Source: Octopus sinensis (Eukaryota). Taken from it: a DNA stretch of 64,000 nucleotides. Every line of letters starts with the position of its first letter. Positions within the stretch are counted from its first letter, which is position 1. The position numbers and the translations under genes were made by a program. The stretch spans positions 2,294,001-2,358,000 of the forward strand of contig NC_043013.1 in assembly GCF_006345805.1 (NCBI RefSeq), written 5' to 3'. The notes below the pieces were generated by a model that worked only from the letters and a program-made list of their open reading frames with translations, did no database searches and had not been told where the DNA came from. Of the stretch, positions 63,831-64,000 are shown piece by piece.

Positions 63831-64000
63831 AACACAGACACAGTTCTTGTGCAAACAGAGTCCAACACCAAAAAAAGGGAATCTCCCATCTGACTCTTCA
63901 CCAACACCACCCTACATCTAGTTTCCATCCATGCCAATCACTTCACAATCCCACACCTACCCAATCAAATACAAGAACAAAAACAAGATAACGTTTCAAA

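Overview
AT-rich, microsatellite- and SINE-dense animal genomic DNA. The SINE and LINE families look like those of Octopus (cephalopod); this is recognition from memory, not a database hit. There is no prokaryotic content, CRISPR array, rRNA or true tRNA gene. Two host genes lie on the minus strand. Left: four phase-compatible exons (15835-15686, 14580-14411, 8187-7994, 4251-4126) encode the N-terminus of a divergent axonemal dynein heavy chain most like the DNAH9/11/17 outer-arm beta type; the gene continues off the left edge, and RFX X-box motifs lie near its probable 5' end. Right: the last four coding exons (62158-61875, 61584-61391, 61266-61078, 59073-58744) of a SKI/SnoN-family gene encode the C-terminal coiled coil. 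The rest is mostly transposon material: tandem R4/Dong elements in TAA repeats, CR1-, RTE-, CRE- and Tx1-like LINE fragments, a near-intact CR1-type LINE with an 872-aa ORF1/endonuclease fusion ORF joined to a SINE-type tail, mariner relics including a two-headed fold-back copy carrying X-boxes, Tc1/mariner-type MITEs, a Penelope-like fragment with a minimal hammerhead motif, a tandem SINE array and a possible LTR. No wholly new system is proven; the best leads are listed as findings.
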